NCBI GenBank assembly: GCA_944349515.1
Contig: CALVNE010000001.1
Location: forward strand, 87,232-151,231
Direction of reading: 5' to 3'
Length of the DNA stretch: 64,000 bases
Source of the DNA: an uncultured Clostridia bacterium
GTDB lineage: Bacteria; Bacillota; Clostridia; Christensenellales; UBA1242
In this document: positions 48,918 through 57,651 of the stretch, piece by piece
Position numbering within the stretch: the stretch's first letter is position 1
Layout of the letters: each line of letters opens with the position of its first letter
Notes under the pieces: generated by a model
Seen by the model: only the letters and a program-made list of their open reading frames with translations
The model's database searches: none
Told to the model about the DNA's origin: nothing
Translations under genes and position numbers: made by a program

Positions 48918-50417
48918 TCAATACTCGAAAAGGTTGTTGCTAGTAAAGACTGGGTCGCAGGTGATGTTGATGCCGAGTTTTTTGAGAGTGGTCTCTTCGC
49001 TGGATGGCAGAATGTAGGTGGCATGGGCTTCACAACCGTGAAGCTCAGGGAGGCAAGCTAGTGCTTTCTTTGCTTTTTCGTTTTTGGCTGAGCATATTGA
49101 GAGCGCCACAAGGATGTCATCCACGGTCAGCAGAGTGCAATGTGATTTTAAGATGTTTGTGCGATAGGACACAATTGGAAGAAGGATATCATCGGTGATT
49201 ATGTCGTAGTCATCTCCGAGTCCTGCAAGCGTTCTTAGTGCGTTCAAGACAACTGCACCACTTGCTGTGATGACTTTTTTGGACTTGCCTGTGACAACTT
49301 TTCCGTCTGGAAGTTCCAGTGCGACAGTTGGGTAGCCATAGTCTTTGGCGGTCTGGCGTGCCACACCGATAACTTTGAAGATGTCATCCTTAACGCCAAC
49401 TTCGCTGACAAGAGATTTGTTGCGTTCTAAATTATCAAAGGTGATTTGACCTTTTTTGTAGTCACATTCGGCGCGGTAATATCTTCGGAGTATTTCCTTT
49501 TTAGCGGAAAGTTGAGCGAGTTTGTCATCGGTTATTGCGTCTTTAAGCATATTGACACCCATGTCGGTTGGGGATTTATACACTTCCTTTCCTGTGATTT
49601 TATGTAATATGTTTTGTAAGATTGGGAAAACTGCGATGTCGCGGTTATAGTTTATCGCAAGCGTGCCATAGGCGTTGAAGTGGAATGGGTCGATTTGGTT
49701 GACATCGTTAAGGTCCGCGGTGGCAGCTTCATAGGCGATGTTGACAGGGTGTTTAAGTGGCAAGTTCCAAACAGGGAAGGTTTCAAACTTTGCATAGCCC
49801 GCTTTCACTCCGCGCTTATGCTCATGATAGAGTTGGCTCAGGCAGGTTGCAAGTTTACCGCTTGACGGCCCCGGCGCAGTGACCACAACGAGTGGGCGAG
49901 TGGTTTCGATATACGGATTTGCGCCATAGCCTTCATCACTGACAATCGTCTCCACATCGTTTGGATAGCCCTTGGTGTAGTGATGAAAATACACCTTTTC
50001 TCCACGCTGTTCAAGTTTTTGAGCGAACTTTTGTGCGCTTGACTGACCTTTGAAAAGGGTGATAACAAAGGAGGAAACATATAGGTTAAGTTCGCGCATA
50101 TTGTCGACAAGTCTTAAAACCTCGTCGGCGTAGTTGAGTCCTAAGTCAGCGCGAATTCTGTTCTTTTCAATGTCGTTGGCGCTTATGCACAAAACAATTT
50201 CCACCTTATCTTTCATCTTTTGAAGGAGTTTGATTTTGATGTTAGGGTCAAAGCCTGGAAGCACGCGTGCGGCATGAAGGTCATCAAAAATCTTTCCGCC
50301 GAGTTCAAGATAGAGTTTGTTGTTAAACTTTTTAATTCTTTTATTGATGTTTTCGCTTTGAAGTTTAAGGTATAGTTCATTATCAAAGCAAGTTTTGTTC
50401 ATTTCTTTCTTTTTCAT
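48918..50417 (-). CDS. UPF0371 / DUF1846 family protein
   Basis: 499 aa. LYLELGGKIFDDLHAARVLPGFDPNIKIKLL is typical of this family. The RBS is AGGAGA. Confidence 0.7.
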   Translation of the reverse strand: MKKKEMNKTCFDNELYLKLQSENINKRIKKFNNKLYLELGGKIFDDLHAARVLPGFDPNIKIKLLQKMKDKVEIVLCISANDIEKNRIRADLGLNYADEVLRLVDNMRELNLYVSSFVITLFKGQSSAQKFAQKLEQRGEKVYFHHYTKGYPNDVETIVSDEGYGANPYIETTRPLVVVTAPGPSSGKLATCLSQLYHEHKRGVKAGYAKFETFPVWNLPLKHPVNIAYEAATADLNDVNQIDPFHFNAYGTLAINYNRDIAVFPILQNILHKITGKEVYKSPTDMGVNMLKDAITDDKLAQLSAKKEILRRYYRAECDYKKGQITFDNLERNKSLVSEVGVKDDIFKVIGVARQTAKDYGYPTVALELPDGKVVTGKSKKVITASGAVVLNALRTLAGLGDDYDIITDDILLPIVSYRTNILKSHCTLLTVDDILVALSICSAKNEKAKKALACLPELHGCEAHATYILPSSEETTLKKLGINITCDPVFTSNNLFEY

Positions 50418-50500
50418 ATCATTTCTCCTAATAAATAGTATAACCTATTCGTCAAAAATTTCATAACGAATTTGAAAACTTTTCGCATTTTTATTGGAAA

Positions 50501-51073
50501 ATGAAGCAAATTAATTTTATGGATATCAAAACTTCGCTACTTTTAATAATACCAGCGGTTGTGATAATTTTGCTAATATTTCCTATCTTTTTAGAGGTTA
50601 AAATTTCCTTTAATCCTTTAAAAAATCGTGGGGTGGTGGCACTTTTTTTATTTAAGAAAAAGTTGATTTACTACTATGTCGAGATGCACGGCAAATACAT
50701 AACCCTTGTAAACGACACGGAGACCAAGCAAGAGGAACTTGAATTTGATAGCCCTAAGTTTGCGGTTATTGAAGAGTTTATTAAGCAGGTTAAGGACAAA
50801 GTGAGATTGAAATATCTTTTTATTTACTATAACATAGGTCTTGGCGATGCTTTTCGCTCTGCCATGTGCGCAGCGAGCGTCAATCAACTTTTAAATTTTA
50901 TCTTTATCAATCTTAAAAGCAAAAAGCCGACTGCGTCCTTTTGCATATATGACACAGTTTCCTATAATCGCACCATCTTTGAAATGGCGGGTAGAATGAA
51001 AATTTCAATTTCTCTTTTCGATTTGGTATATTCTTTTATCTATTCAACCATAATATCAAAGAACAAAATGTAA
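50501..51073 (+). CDS. DUF2953 (YtfI-like) sporulation-associated membrane protein
   Basis: It has an N-terminal TM segment, and its size and position directly upstream of ytfJ match the Bacillus ytfIJ arrangement. Confidence 0.45.
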   Translation: MKQINFMDIKTSLLLIIPAVVIILLIFPIFLEVKISFNPLKNRGVVALFLFKKKLIYYYVEMHGKYITLVNDTETKQEELEFDSPKFAVIEEFIKQVKDKVRLKYLFIYYNIGLGDAFRSAMCAASVNQLLNFIFINLKSKKPTASFCIYDTVSYNRTIFEMAGRMKISISLFDLVYSFIYSTIISKNKM

Positions 51074-51078
51074 ACTAT

Positions 51079-51118
51079 TTATGGTGTATTATGCATTGCA
51101 TACTACACCACATATGGT
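51079..51118. repeat. Palindromic interspersed element, copy D
   Basis: TTATGGTGTATTATGCA-T-TGCATACTACACCACAT, then ATGGT. It sits 17 nt upstream of the ytfJ ATG. Confidence 0.8.
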
Positions 51119-51134
51119 ATATAAAGGAGAGATT

Positions 51135-51542
51135 ATGAAACATTATCAAACAGAAAGTTCGGTAAGCGACTTAATTGAAAGCGCCTTTGAAAAAATTAAA
51201 ACGATTGTTGACACTGGCACGATTGTCGGCGAAAAGTTGGAGACAAGTGACGGCACTGTGATTATTCCTATCTCAAAGGTGACTGTCGGCTATGTTGTTG
51301 GCGGTGGCGAGTATGCCGATTTGTCGGCTAGGCGTGTTGCCAATCACTATCCACTTTCTGGCGGTTCTGGTGGCGGTATGAGTGTGACACCTGTCGGCTT
51401 TTTGATTGAAAGCGAAGGGCAGTTTTCCTTTATCAATGTGGAGAATAAGGACCTATATCAAACTGTTTTAAACATGTTCAATGCATTTTTGGCGGAAATT
51501 CAAAGAAAGGACAAGGAAAAAGATGAAGAGAGCAAAAAGTAA
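51135..51542 (+). CDS. ytfJ: Sporulation protein YtfJ/GerW
   Basis: It has the RBS AAAGGAGAG, TIVGEKLETSDGTVIIPISKV and SGGSGGGMSVTPVGFL. The track's 51081 start is translated palindrome sequence. Confidence 0.85.
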   Translation: MKHYQTESSVSDLIESAFEKIKTIVDTGTIVGEKLETSDGTVIIPISKVTVGYVVGGGEYADLSARRVANHYPLSGGSGGGMSVTPVGFLIESEGQFSFINVENKDLYQTVLNMFNAFLAEIQRKDKEKDEESKK

Positions 51543-52674
51543 GAAAATTTTGATTTCTTTTATCGCCTTCGTTTTGCTTGCTGGCATACTTTTATCCTCT
51601 CTATCCCTACTTTTAATCAATGTGGTAAATGCCGAGATGTACACCTCTGGACTTGCTGGATGTGTGCTTGAAACATCGTCGGGAAGGGTGCTGTATTCCA
51701 AAAATAAGGATAAAAAGTTAGCAATGGCAAGCACAACAAAGATTATGACCGCGATAACCGCCATTGAAAATTGCGCTAATTTGGATGAAAAGTTTGAAAT
51801 ATCGCCTAAGGCAGTGGGCATTGAGGGCACTTCGCTCTATTTACGAAAGGACGATGTTTTTTCCACGCGCGATTTGCTTTATGCACTTATGCTTATCTCT
51901 GGAAATGACGCTTCGGTGGCGATTGCCGAACATGTGGGCGGTTCAACAAGCGAATTTGTTACCATGATGAACGACTTAGCGAAAAAAATCGGCGCAAAAA
52001 ATACGCATTTTGCTAACACTCATGGCTTAGATGCGGACGGACACTACACAACTGCCTATGACCTTGCGCTTATAACTGCTTACGCGCTTGAAAATGAGAC
52101 TTTCAAAGAGATTGTTTCCACTAAAAACATAAAAATTACGAACGGCGAAGGCGAGAATAGGTATTTGAAGAATAAAAACAAACTTTTGTTTAGGCTTGAC
52201 GGTTGTATCGGCGTGAAAACTGGCTTCACTAATGACGCTGGACGCTGTCTAGTTTCCGCAATCGAGCGTGACGGAGTGCGATTTGTGTGCGTGGTTCTCA
52301 ACTGCGGACCGATGTTTGAAGAGAGCGAAACACTTTTAAACACCTGCGCGAATACCTACAAACTCTACGACTTAACAAAAATTTACGACTACAAAAAACT
52401 CTTGCCTGTCTATGACGGAAGAAAGGACAATGTGAAGATTGGCACGAACGAAAGTTTTATCTATCCGCTTTCGGAGTGGGAGAAAAACAACTTGAAGATT
52501 GAGTATAACCTTGTTGACCATGTGGACGCACCACTCAAAAAGGGTAGCGAAGTTGGCGAAATCAAAATATTTTTGGGCAAAGACTTGCTATTTTCCGAAA
52601 AAGTTTATACAATAGAAGAGGTTAAACCAAAGACAATCTTCCAACGCTTTAAGGAGTTTGCTGGAAACTGGTAA
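51523..52674 (+). CDS. D-alanyl-D-alanine carboxypeptidase (S11, PBP5-type)
   Basis: It has a signal/TM segment and the SxxK (ASTTKIMT), SGND and KTGFT motifs. It overlaps the ytfJ 3' end. Confidence 0.88.
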   Translation: MKRAKSKKILISFIAFVLLAGILLSSLSLLLINVVNAEMYTSGLAGCVLETSSGRVLYSKNKDKKLAMASTTKIMTAITAIENCANLDEKFEISPKAVGIEGTSLYLRKDDVFSTRDLLYALMLISGNDASVAIAEHVGGSTSEFVTMMNDLAKKIGAKNTHFANTHGLDADGHYTTAYDLALITAYALENETFKEIVSTKNIKITNGEGENRYLKNKNKLLFRLDGCIGVKTGFTNDAGRCLVSAIERDGVRFVCVVLNCGPMFEESETLLNTCANTYKLYDLTKIYDYKKLLPVYDGRKDNVKIGTNESFIYPLSEWEKNNLKIEYNLVDHVDAPLKKGSEVGEIKIFLGKDLLFSEKVYTIEEVKPKTIFQRFKEFAGNW

Positions 52675-52690
52675 CCTTTTAAGGATAGTT

Positions 52691-53389
52691 ATGCGTATAA
52701 ACAAATTTTTAAGCACGGCGGGCGTGGCTTCACGAAGAAAGTGCGATGAACTTATTAAAAACGGCAAAATTTTCGTCAATGGCAAAGTGGTGACAAGTTT
52801 TGTCGATATAGACGAGAAGAAAGATGTTGTGGAATATAACGGAGAAAGGCTGACCTTGCCTTCCTCTTTTATATATCTAAAAATGAACAAGCCAAAGGGT
52901 TATGCTTGCACGGCGAGTGACGAAAAGGGCAGAAAGACAATCTTCGACTTACTTGACGATAAGAGCGTTAGGTTTTTCAATGTGGGCAGGCTTGACTATG
53001 ACACCGAGGGGCTTATCTTTCTCACTAATGACGGCGACTTTGCTAACCGCATCATCCATCCAAAATTTGAGATTGATAAGGAATACATTGTAACCGTTGA
53101 GGGCAAGATGCAAGAGAGCGAGTTTGCAGTTCTAAGAAATGGCGTTGTGGTGAACGGCGAAAGGATGCCAGAGGCGCGAGTGAAACCTATCTCTTTTGAC
53201 GGCAAATTCACCAAACTTTCGGTTGTTATAAATGAAGGGCAAAACCATCAAGTTAGGCGTATGTTTGAGGCGATAGGTCGCGACATCAAACTTTTGAAGC
53301 GCGTGCGCATTGGGAGTGTGAAACTTGGCAATCTCTATCGCGGAAAGGTTAAACCTATGACCGAAGAAGAGATTGAAAGTTTTAAGTGA
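52691..53389 (+). CDS. rluB: RsuA/RluB-family pseudouridine synthase
   Basis: It starts with the S4 domain MRINKFLSTAGVASRRKCDELI. It also has GRLDYDTEGL and NHQVRRM. Confidence 0.85.
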   Translation: MRINKFLSTAGVASRRKCDELIKNGKIFVNGKVVTSFVDIDEKKDVVEYNGERLTLPSSFIYLKMNKPKGYACTASDEKGRKTIFDLLDDKSVRFFNVGRLDYDTEGLIFLTNDGDFANRIIHPKFEIDKEYIVTVEGKMQESEFAVLRNGVVVNGERMPEARVKPISFDGKFTKLSVVINEGQNHQVRRMFEAIGRDIKLLKRVRIGSVKLGNLYRGKVKPMTEEEIESFK

Positions 53390-53404
53390 GAACAAGGAGA
53401 AAGT

Positions 53405-53983
53405 ATGATACTCTATCATGGAACACAAGATAAAAATTTGAAAAAACTTGTCACAAATCATAACACTGGACGCGGTGGCGACACAGAAAATATATATTTA
53501 ACAGACAGTTACGCATGTGCCTTTATGTATGCGGCATCGACAATGAGATTTTTTCAATTTGATAAGAAAACGGACACTTTATGGGTTATGGAAAAAGCGC
53601 CTAATGCTTTTGAGAAGATGTATAAAGGGCATGGATGCTTGATTTTTAAGATTGAAATTGAAAATCCTAAGAAAGTGGAGCATCCGACCGGTCATGTATT
53701 TTCGTATAACAAAGACATCGTTTTGGATAAAGAAAATTGCGATGTGATTGATGATTGCTATGAGAAACTACTTGAACTTGAAAAGGAAGGCAAGGTTAAA
53801 CTACAACGCTGGACCGATTACACAAAAGAAGAGCAAGAAAACGTTAAAAACAACTTTATCAGTCGATTTAAACCATATATGGAAGATGAAAAGAAAAGAT
53901 TTCCAGAAGAGTATAAACTGCTTGTGTCTTTCTATCCAGAATTGAAGGTTGAAGAGAAGGAAGATAAAAAAGAGGCGAAATGA
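53405..53983 (+). CDS. Hypothetical protein with an N-terminal LYHGT motif (possible ART-fold)
   Basis: It starts MILYHGTQDK...ENIYLTDSYACAFMYA and has an acidic, Lys-rich C-terminus. This is a motif-level resemblance only. Confidence 0.5.
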   Translation: MILYHGTQDKNLKKLVTNHNTGRGGDTENIYLTDSYACAFMYAASTMRFFQFDKKTDTLWVMEKAPNAFEKMYKGHGCLIFKIEIENPKKVEHPTGHVFSYNKDIVLDKENCDVIDDCYEKLLELEKEGKVKLQRWTDYTKEEQENVKNNFISRFKPYMEDEKKRFPEEYKLLVSFYPELKVEEKEDKKEAK

Positions 53984-55191
53984 AAGTTGCGATAATCGGT
54001 GCGGGTGCGTCTGGGTTAATGCTAGGCGGACTGCTTGTTAAAAAGGGCTTTGATGTGACGATTTTTGACCACAACGAAAAGGCGGGCAAAAAATTATTTA
54101 TCACTGGCAAGGGCAGATGCAACATAACCAACCTTTGCGATGAAACGGAATTTTTGAAAAATGTGGTGCGAGGCGGTAAGTTTTTAACGAGCGCGCTATA
54201 CTCTTTCAATTCCTATGACACTGTGGAGTTTTTTAATAATCTTCATTTGAAAACCAAGGTGGAAAGAGGCAATAGAGTTTTTCCAGAGAGCGACAAGTCA
54301 AGCGATGTTATCAAAGCACTTTTAAAGCACTGCGAGGGCGTGAACTTCCTCTATAACCAGAATGTCACCGATGTCAAAGTGGCGAAAAGTGTAGAAAACG
54401 AACAAAAGTTGGTGGTCACTGCAAGCGGGAAGGAGTATGTTTTTGACAAAGTGGTCATCGCAACAGGCGGAGCGAGTTACAAGACGACTGGCAGTGACGG
54501 AAGCGGATATAAATTTGCCGAAAGTTTTGGGCACAGAGTGGAGAAGATTGTGCCAGCGCTTTGTCCGATTAAACTTAATGATGATGTCCACGCGCTTATG
54601 GGGCTAAGCCTAAAAAATGCCACTTTGAAGGCAAAGTTTGACGGCAAAAATAAGGAATTTTTCGGCGAGATGATGTTCACTGGTGACGGCATAACAGGGC
54701 CGATAGTGCTTTCCTTGTCAAGTTACATAAACAGGGCAAAAAGCGTGGAACTTTCACTTGATTTAAAGCCAGCACTGACGCTTGAACAACTAGACGCACG
54801 CCTACTACGCGATTTTGAAGAGAATAAAAACAAAAACATTTCATATATATTTAAAGGGCTTATGCCGTCATCACTTGTGCCATTCTTTGCGAAAAAGTGC
54901 GGGGTGGATGAGAGTAAAAAGGTGCATGATATATTAAAGGAGGAGCGAAGAAAAATCTCTGAAACTTTAAAAAATCTTCCGCTTTCGTTTAATTCGCTCT
55001 ATCCACTTGACGCTGGCATAATCACAAGCGGTGGGGTGGCTCTTGATGAAATCAATCCAAAGACCTTTGAGAGCAAACTTGTTAAAAATCTCTACTTCAT
55101 CGGCGAAGTTTTGGATATAGACGCATTAACCGGTGGCTTTAACCTTCAAATCGCCTTTTCAACGGCATTTTTAACAGCAAAAAATATGTAA
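53980..55191 (+). CDS. HI0933/YhiN-family FAD-dependent oxidoreductase
   Basis: It has MKVAIIGAGASGL and GKKLFITGKGRCNITN. Confidence 0.8.
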   Translation: MKVAIIGAGASGLMLGGLLVKKGFDVTIFDHNEKAGKKLFITGKGRCNITNLCDETEFLKNVVRGGKFLTSALYSFNSYDTVEFFNNLHLKTKVERGNRVFPESDKSSDVIKALLKHCEGVNFLYNQNVTDVKVAKSVENEQKLVVTASGKEYVFDKVVIATGGASYKTTGSDGSGYKFAESFGHRVEKIVPALCPIKLNDDVHALMGLSLKNATLKAKFDGKNKEFFGEMMFTGDGITGPIVLSLSSYINRAKSVELSLDLKPALTLEQLDARLLRDFEENKNKNISYIFKGLMPSSLVPFFAKKCGVDESKKVHDILKEERRKISETLKNLPLSFNSLYPLDAGIITSGGVALDEINPKTFESKLVKNLYFIGEVLDIDALTGGFNLQIAFSTAFLTAKNM

Positions 55192-55303
55192 ACATTTGAC
55201 AATTTAAGAAAAACTTTATATCATACTATTAATTATTAAAATTTATGATTTTTAGTTAGTGTAATAATTTAAAAATAAAACAACGTTTCAAAAGGAGTTT
55301 AAT

Positions 55304-55921
55304 ATGTTACTTTGGCTGGTAAGAATATTACTTTGGATACCGCTTTCCATTCTTCATCCAACATATATCTATGGAAGAAAAAATCGTCCTAAGGGTAAGG
55401 CGATACTATGTTCGAATCATCGTTCAAATTGGGACATTGTCAACTATCTTCTTCACACCAAGGAAAAGGTTGTGATTTTGGCAAAAAAAGAACTTGCAAA
55501 AAACAAGTTTTTCGGTTTTATCTTAAAGCATTTAGGAGCAATTTTCATCGACCGTGAGGGGAACGATATAAATGCAATTAAAGAGTGCATGAAGGCATTA
55601 AAGGCGGGCAAGAAACTGTTTATCTTTCCAGAAGGCACAAGGCTTAAAGACGAAAGTGCGGTTCTCGGCGAAGTGAAAAGCGGACTTGCGCTTATCGCCA
55701 TCAAAACAAAAACACCGATAGTTCCTATGTGGGTGGTGAGTAAGCCAAAAGCGTTTAGAAAATCAAAAATCATAATCGGCGAGCCTTATGAACTCTCTGA
55801 TTTCTACGGCAAAAAACTTGATGATATAGCACTTGAAGAAGCAAATGAGATAGTAAAGGACAAAATGCTCCAATTAAAATATGATTATGACAAAAAGTTG
55901 CAAACGAAGAAGAATAAATAA
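55304..55921 (+). CDS. plsC: 1-acyl-sn-glycerol-3-phosphate acyltransferase
   Basis: It has NHRSNWD (HxxxxD) and FPEGTR. Confidence 0.85.
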   Translation: MLLWLVRILLWIPLSILHPTYIYGRKNRPKGKAILCSNHRSNWDIVNYLLHTKEKVVILAKKELAKNKFFGFILKHLGAIFIDREGNDINAIKECMKALKAGKKLFIFPEGTRLKDESAVLGEVKSGLALIAIKTKTPIVPMWVVSKPKAFRKSKIIIGEPYELSDFYGKKLDDIALEEANEIVKDKMLQLKYDYDKKLQTKKNK

Positions 55922-55955
55922 GTTAAGAGTGAAAAGTGAAGAGTGAAAAGTTGAG
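55921..55955 (+). repeat. Five contiguous AGTGAAG-type heptads
   Basis: AGTTAAG AGTGAAA AGTGAAG AGTGAAA AGTTGAG, starting at the last base of the plsC stop codon. Confidence 0.8.
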
Positions 55956-55975
55956 GATAGTTTTTATCGATTATC

Positions 55976-56003
55976 AAAAAGATTAGGGCGACTTAATCTT
56001 TTT
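55976..56003 (+). terminator. plsC terminator (module copy 1)
   Basis: AAGATTA-gggcgact-TAATCTT followed by TTT. It is near-identical to 57508-57536. Confidence 0.7.
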
Positions 56004-56127
56004 ATCGTTTAGGCGGTTTGGTGGCAAATAAGATAGATTTAATTTCAATAAAAAGTGCAATGTAATTTTTTCGCAAAAAATAATGTAATGTATAGTTAAG
56101 GAATGGTGTAATGTTTACAAAAAAAGG

Positions 56128-56156
56128 TTGAAATTTGGTTGGGCTTATGTTACAAT
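56128..56156 (+). promoter_or_regulatory. Promoter, TTGAAA-17-TACAAT
   Basis: The box spacing is exact. It is followed by the strong RBS AAGGAGGGAGG. Confidence 0.55.
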
Positions 56157-56184
56157 CAGACTAGATGCTAAGGAGGGAGGCAAA

Positions 56185-57327
56185 ATGGAAAATTATATTG
56201 ATAACATAATAAAAGCGATAAGGCAAGATAGAAATGCGCAAGATAAACTTATCAACTATCTAAAATCAACCGGCGACACTGAGTTGTTTACCGATCTTTC
56301 TTCTTCCGGGAAAATGCTACTAGAAGTTGCAGCGGGAGAAAAACTGAAATTGTTCATTTTAGAGAATTATCCAGAACTTGCGCGGGTTCAAAATAAGAAG
56401 GGCAACACTATTTTGTTTGATACAACTGAGAAGGTGCACTGTAAGGCGCTAGAAGTGGACCCAAGCCTTGCGCGTATTCAAAATGAGGACGGTGAAACAT
56501 TTTTACATATATGTAATAGATTTTACATGGCGCCAAACATGGCACCAATTTTAGCCCTAGAAATTGACCCGACTCTTGCGCGGATACAGGATAAAAGAGG
56601 TAGAACGTTTGTTCATGGGTCTGATGCCGAAGTAATGCTTAAAGCGTTAGAGGTAGACCCAAGTCTTGCACGCATTCAGGATAATGACGGTCAAACATTT
56701 TTGTTTTTTTACAGTTTGTATAAACGCTCAAAAGATGTTGTACTTAAAGCATTAGAGGTGGACGCGAGCCTTGCGCAGATTAAGGATAACGACGGAGAAA
56801 CATTTTTGCACAACATCACAATCATAAAATATCCGCCGGTGGCAAGCGTGGATACTGCAATGGCTGTGCTAAAGGCATATCCAGAACTTGCAAGAATTAA
56901 AGACAGTGAAGGTAACACCTTTCTGCACTACGCGAATACTAGAAGTTTTGAAGATGTGATTGTGGAGGCACTAAAAATCGACCCAATCCTTGCGGAAATT
57001 CAAAATAAACAAGGCGACACATTTTTGCACACCTTCTTTGACGGGCCAGACATGTTTCAACTTCCTTACACTAAGTTATTGACAGCATTAAAATCTCACC
57101 CAAATCTTGCGCGAATTCAAAATGCGGACGGCGATACGTATTTGCATTATGCTGCCAAATTTGGGCATAAAAACATCAAGGAGTTTGCCGAAAGTTTGGA
57201 CCCGAGCCTTGCCGAAATTCGAAACGAAAACGGGCAAACATACCTTGATTTGTTCCCTAAAAAAAGTGTTGAAGAGTTAAAAATTTCCCTCGACGAAGTT
57301 TTGGATGAAAGAAGAAGAGAACTTTAA
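56185..57327 (+). CDS. Ankyrin-like repeat protein (~9 degenerate repeats)
   Basis: The recurrent unit is ALEVDPSLARIQ(D/N)xDG(E/Q)TFLH. This fits the ankyrin G-x-T-x-LH core. Confidence 0.7.
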   Translation: MENYIDNIIKAIRQDRNAQDKLINYLKSTGDTELFTDLSSSGKMLLEVAAGEKLKLFILENYPELARVQNKKGNTILFDTTEKVHCKALEVDPSLARIQNEDGETFLHICNRFYMAPNMAPILALEIDPTLARIQDKRGRTFVHGSDAEVMLKALEVDPSLARIQDNDGQTFLFFYSLYKRSKDVVLKALEVDASLAQIKDNDGETFLHNITIIKYPPVASVDTAMAVLKAYPELARIKDSEGNTFLHYANTRSFEDVIVEALKIDPILAEIQNKQGDTFLHTFFDGPDMFQLPYTKLLTALKSHPNLARIQNADGDTYLHYAAKFGHKNIKEFAESLDPSLAEIRNENGQTYLDLFPKKSVEELKISLDEVLDERRREL

Positions 57328-57507
57328 AAATAGGCGCATTCGGTGAACAAGCGTAGAGTGGTTAAATAAAAAATGAAAAGTTAGCGATAGTTTTTAGATT
57401 ATTCCAATTAAATTTGCTTTAAAATGTTAAAAATCAATATATGAGAGCATACGAAAGACACAATAAGAATTTAAAAAAGAATATTAAAACGTTTTAAAAA
57501 TTTGTAT

Positions 57508-57536
57508 GAAAAGATTAGGGCAACTTAATCTTTTTT
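57508..57536 (+). terminator. Terminator (module copy 2)
   Basis: AAGATTA-gggcaact-TAATCTT followed by TTTT. Confidence 0.7.
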
Positions 57537-57651
57537 ATCGTTTAGGAGTGTAATGGTGGAAAAATTGTTATAAAATTTTTAATTTTCTTTGACAAACTAT
57601 TGTTATTTTTGCTATTCTACTATTAGATTTAACATTTTACAAGGAAAAACT

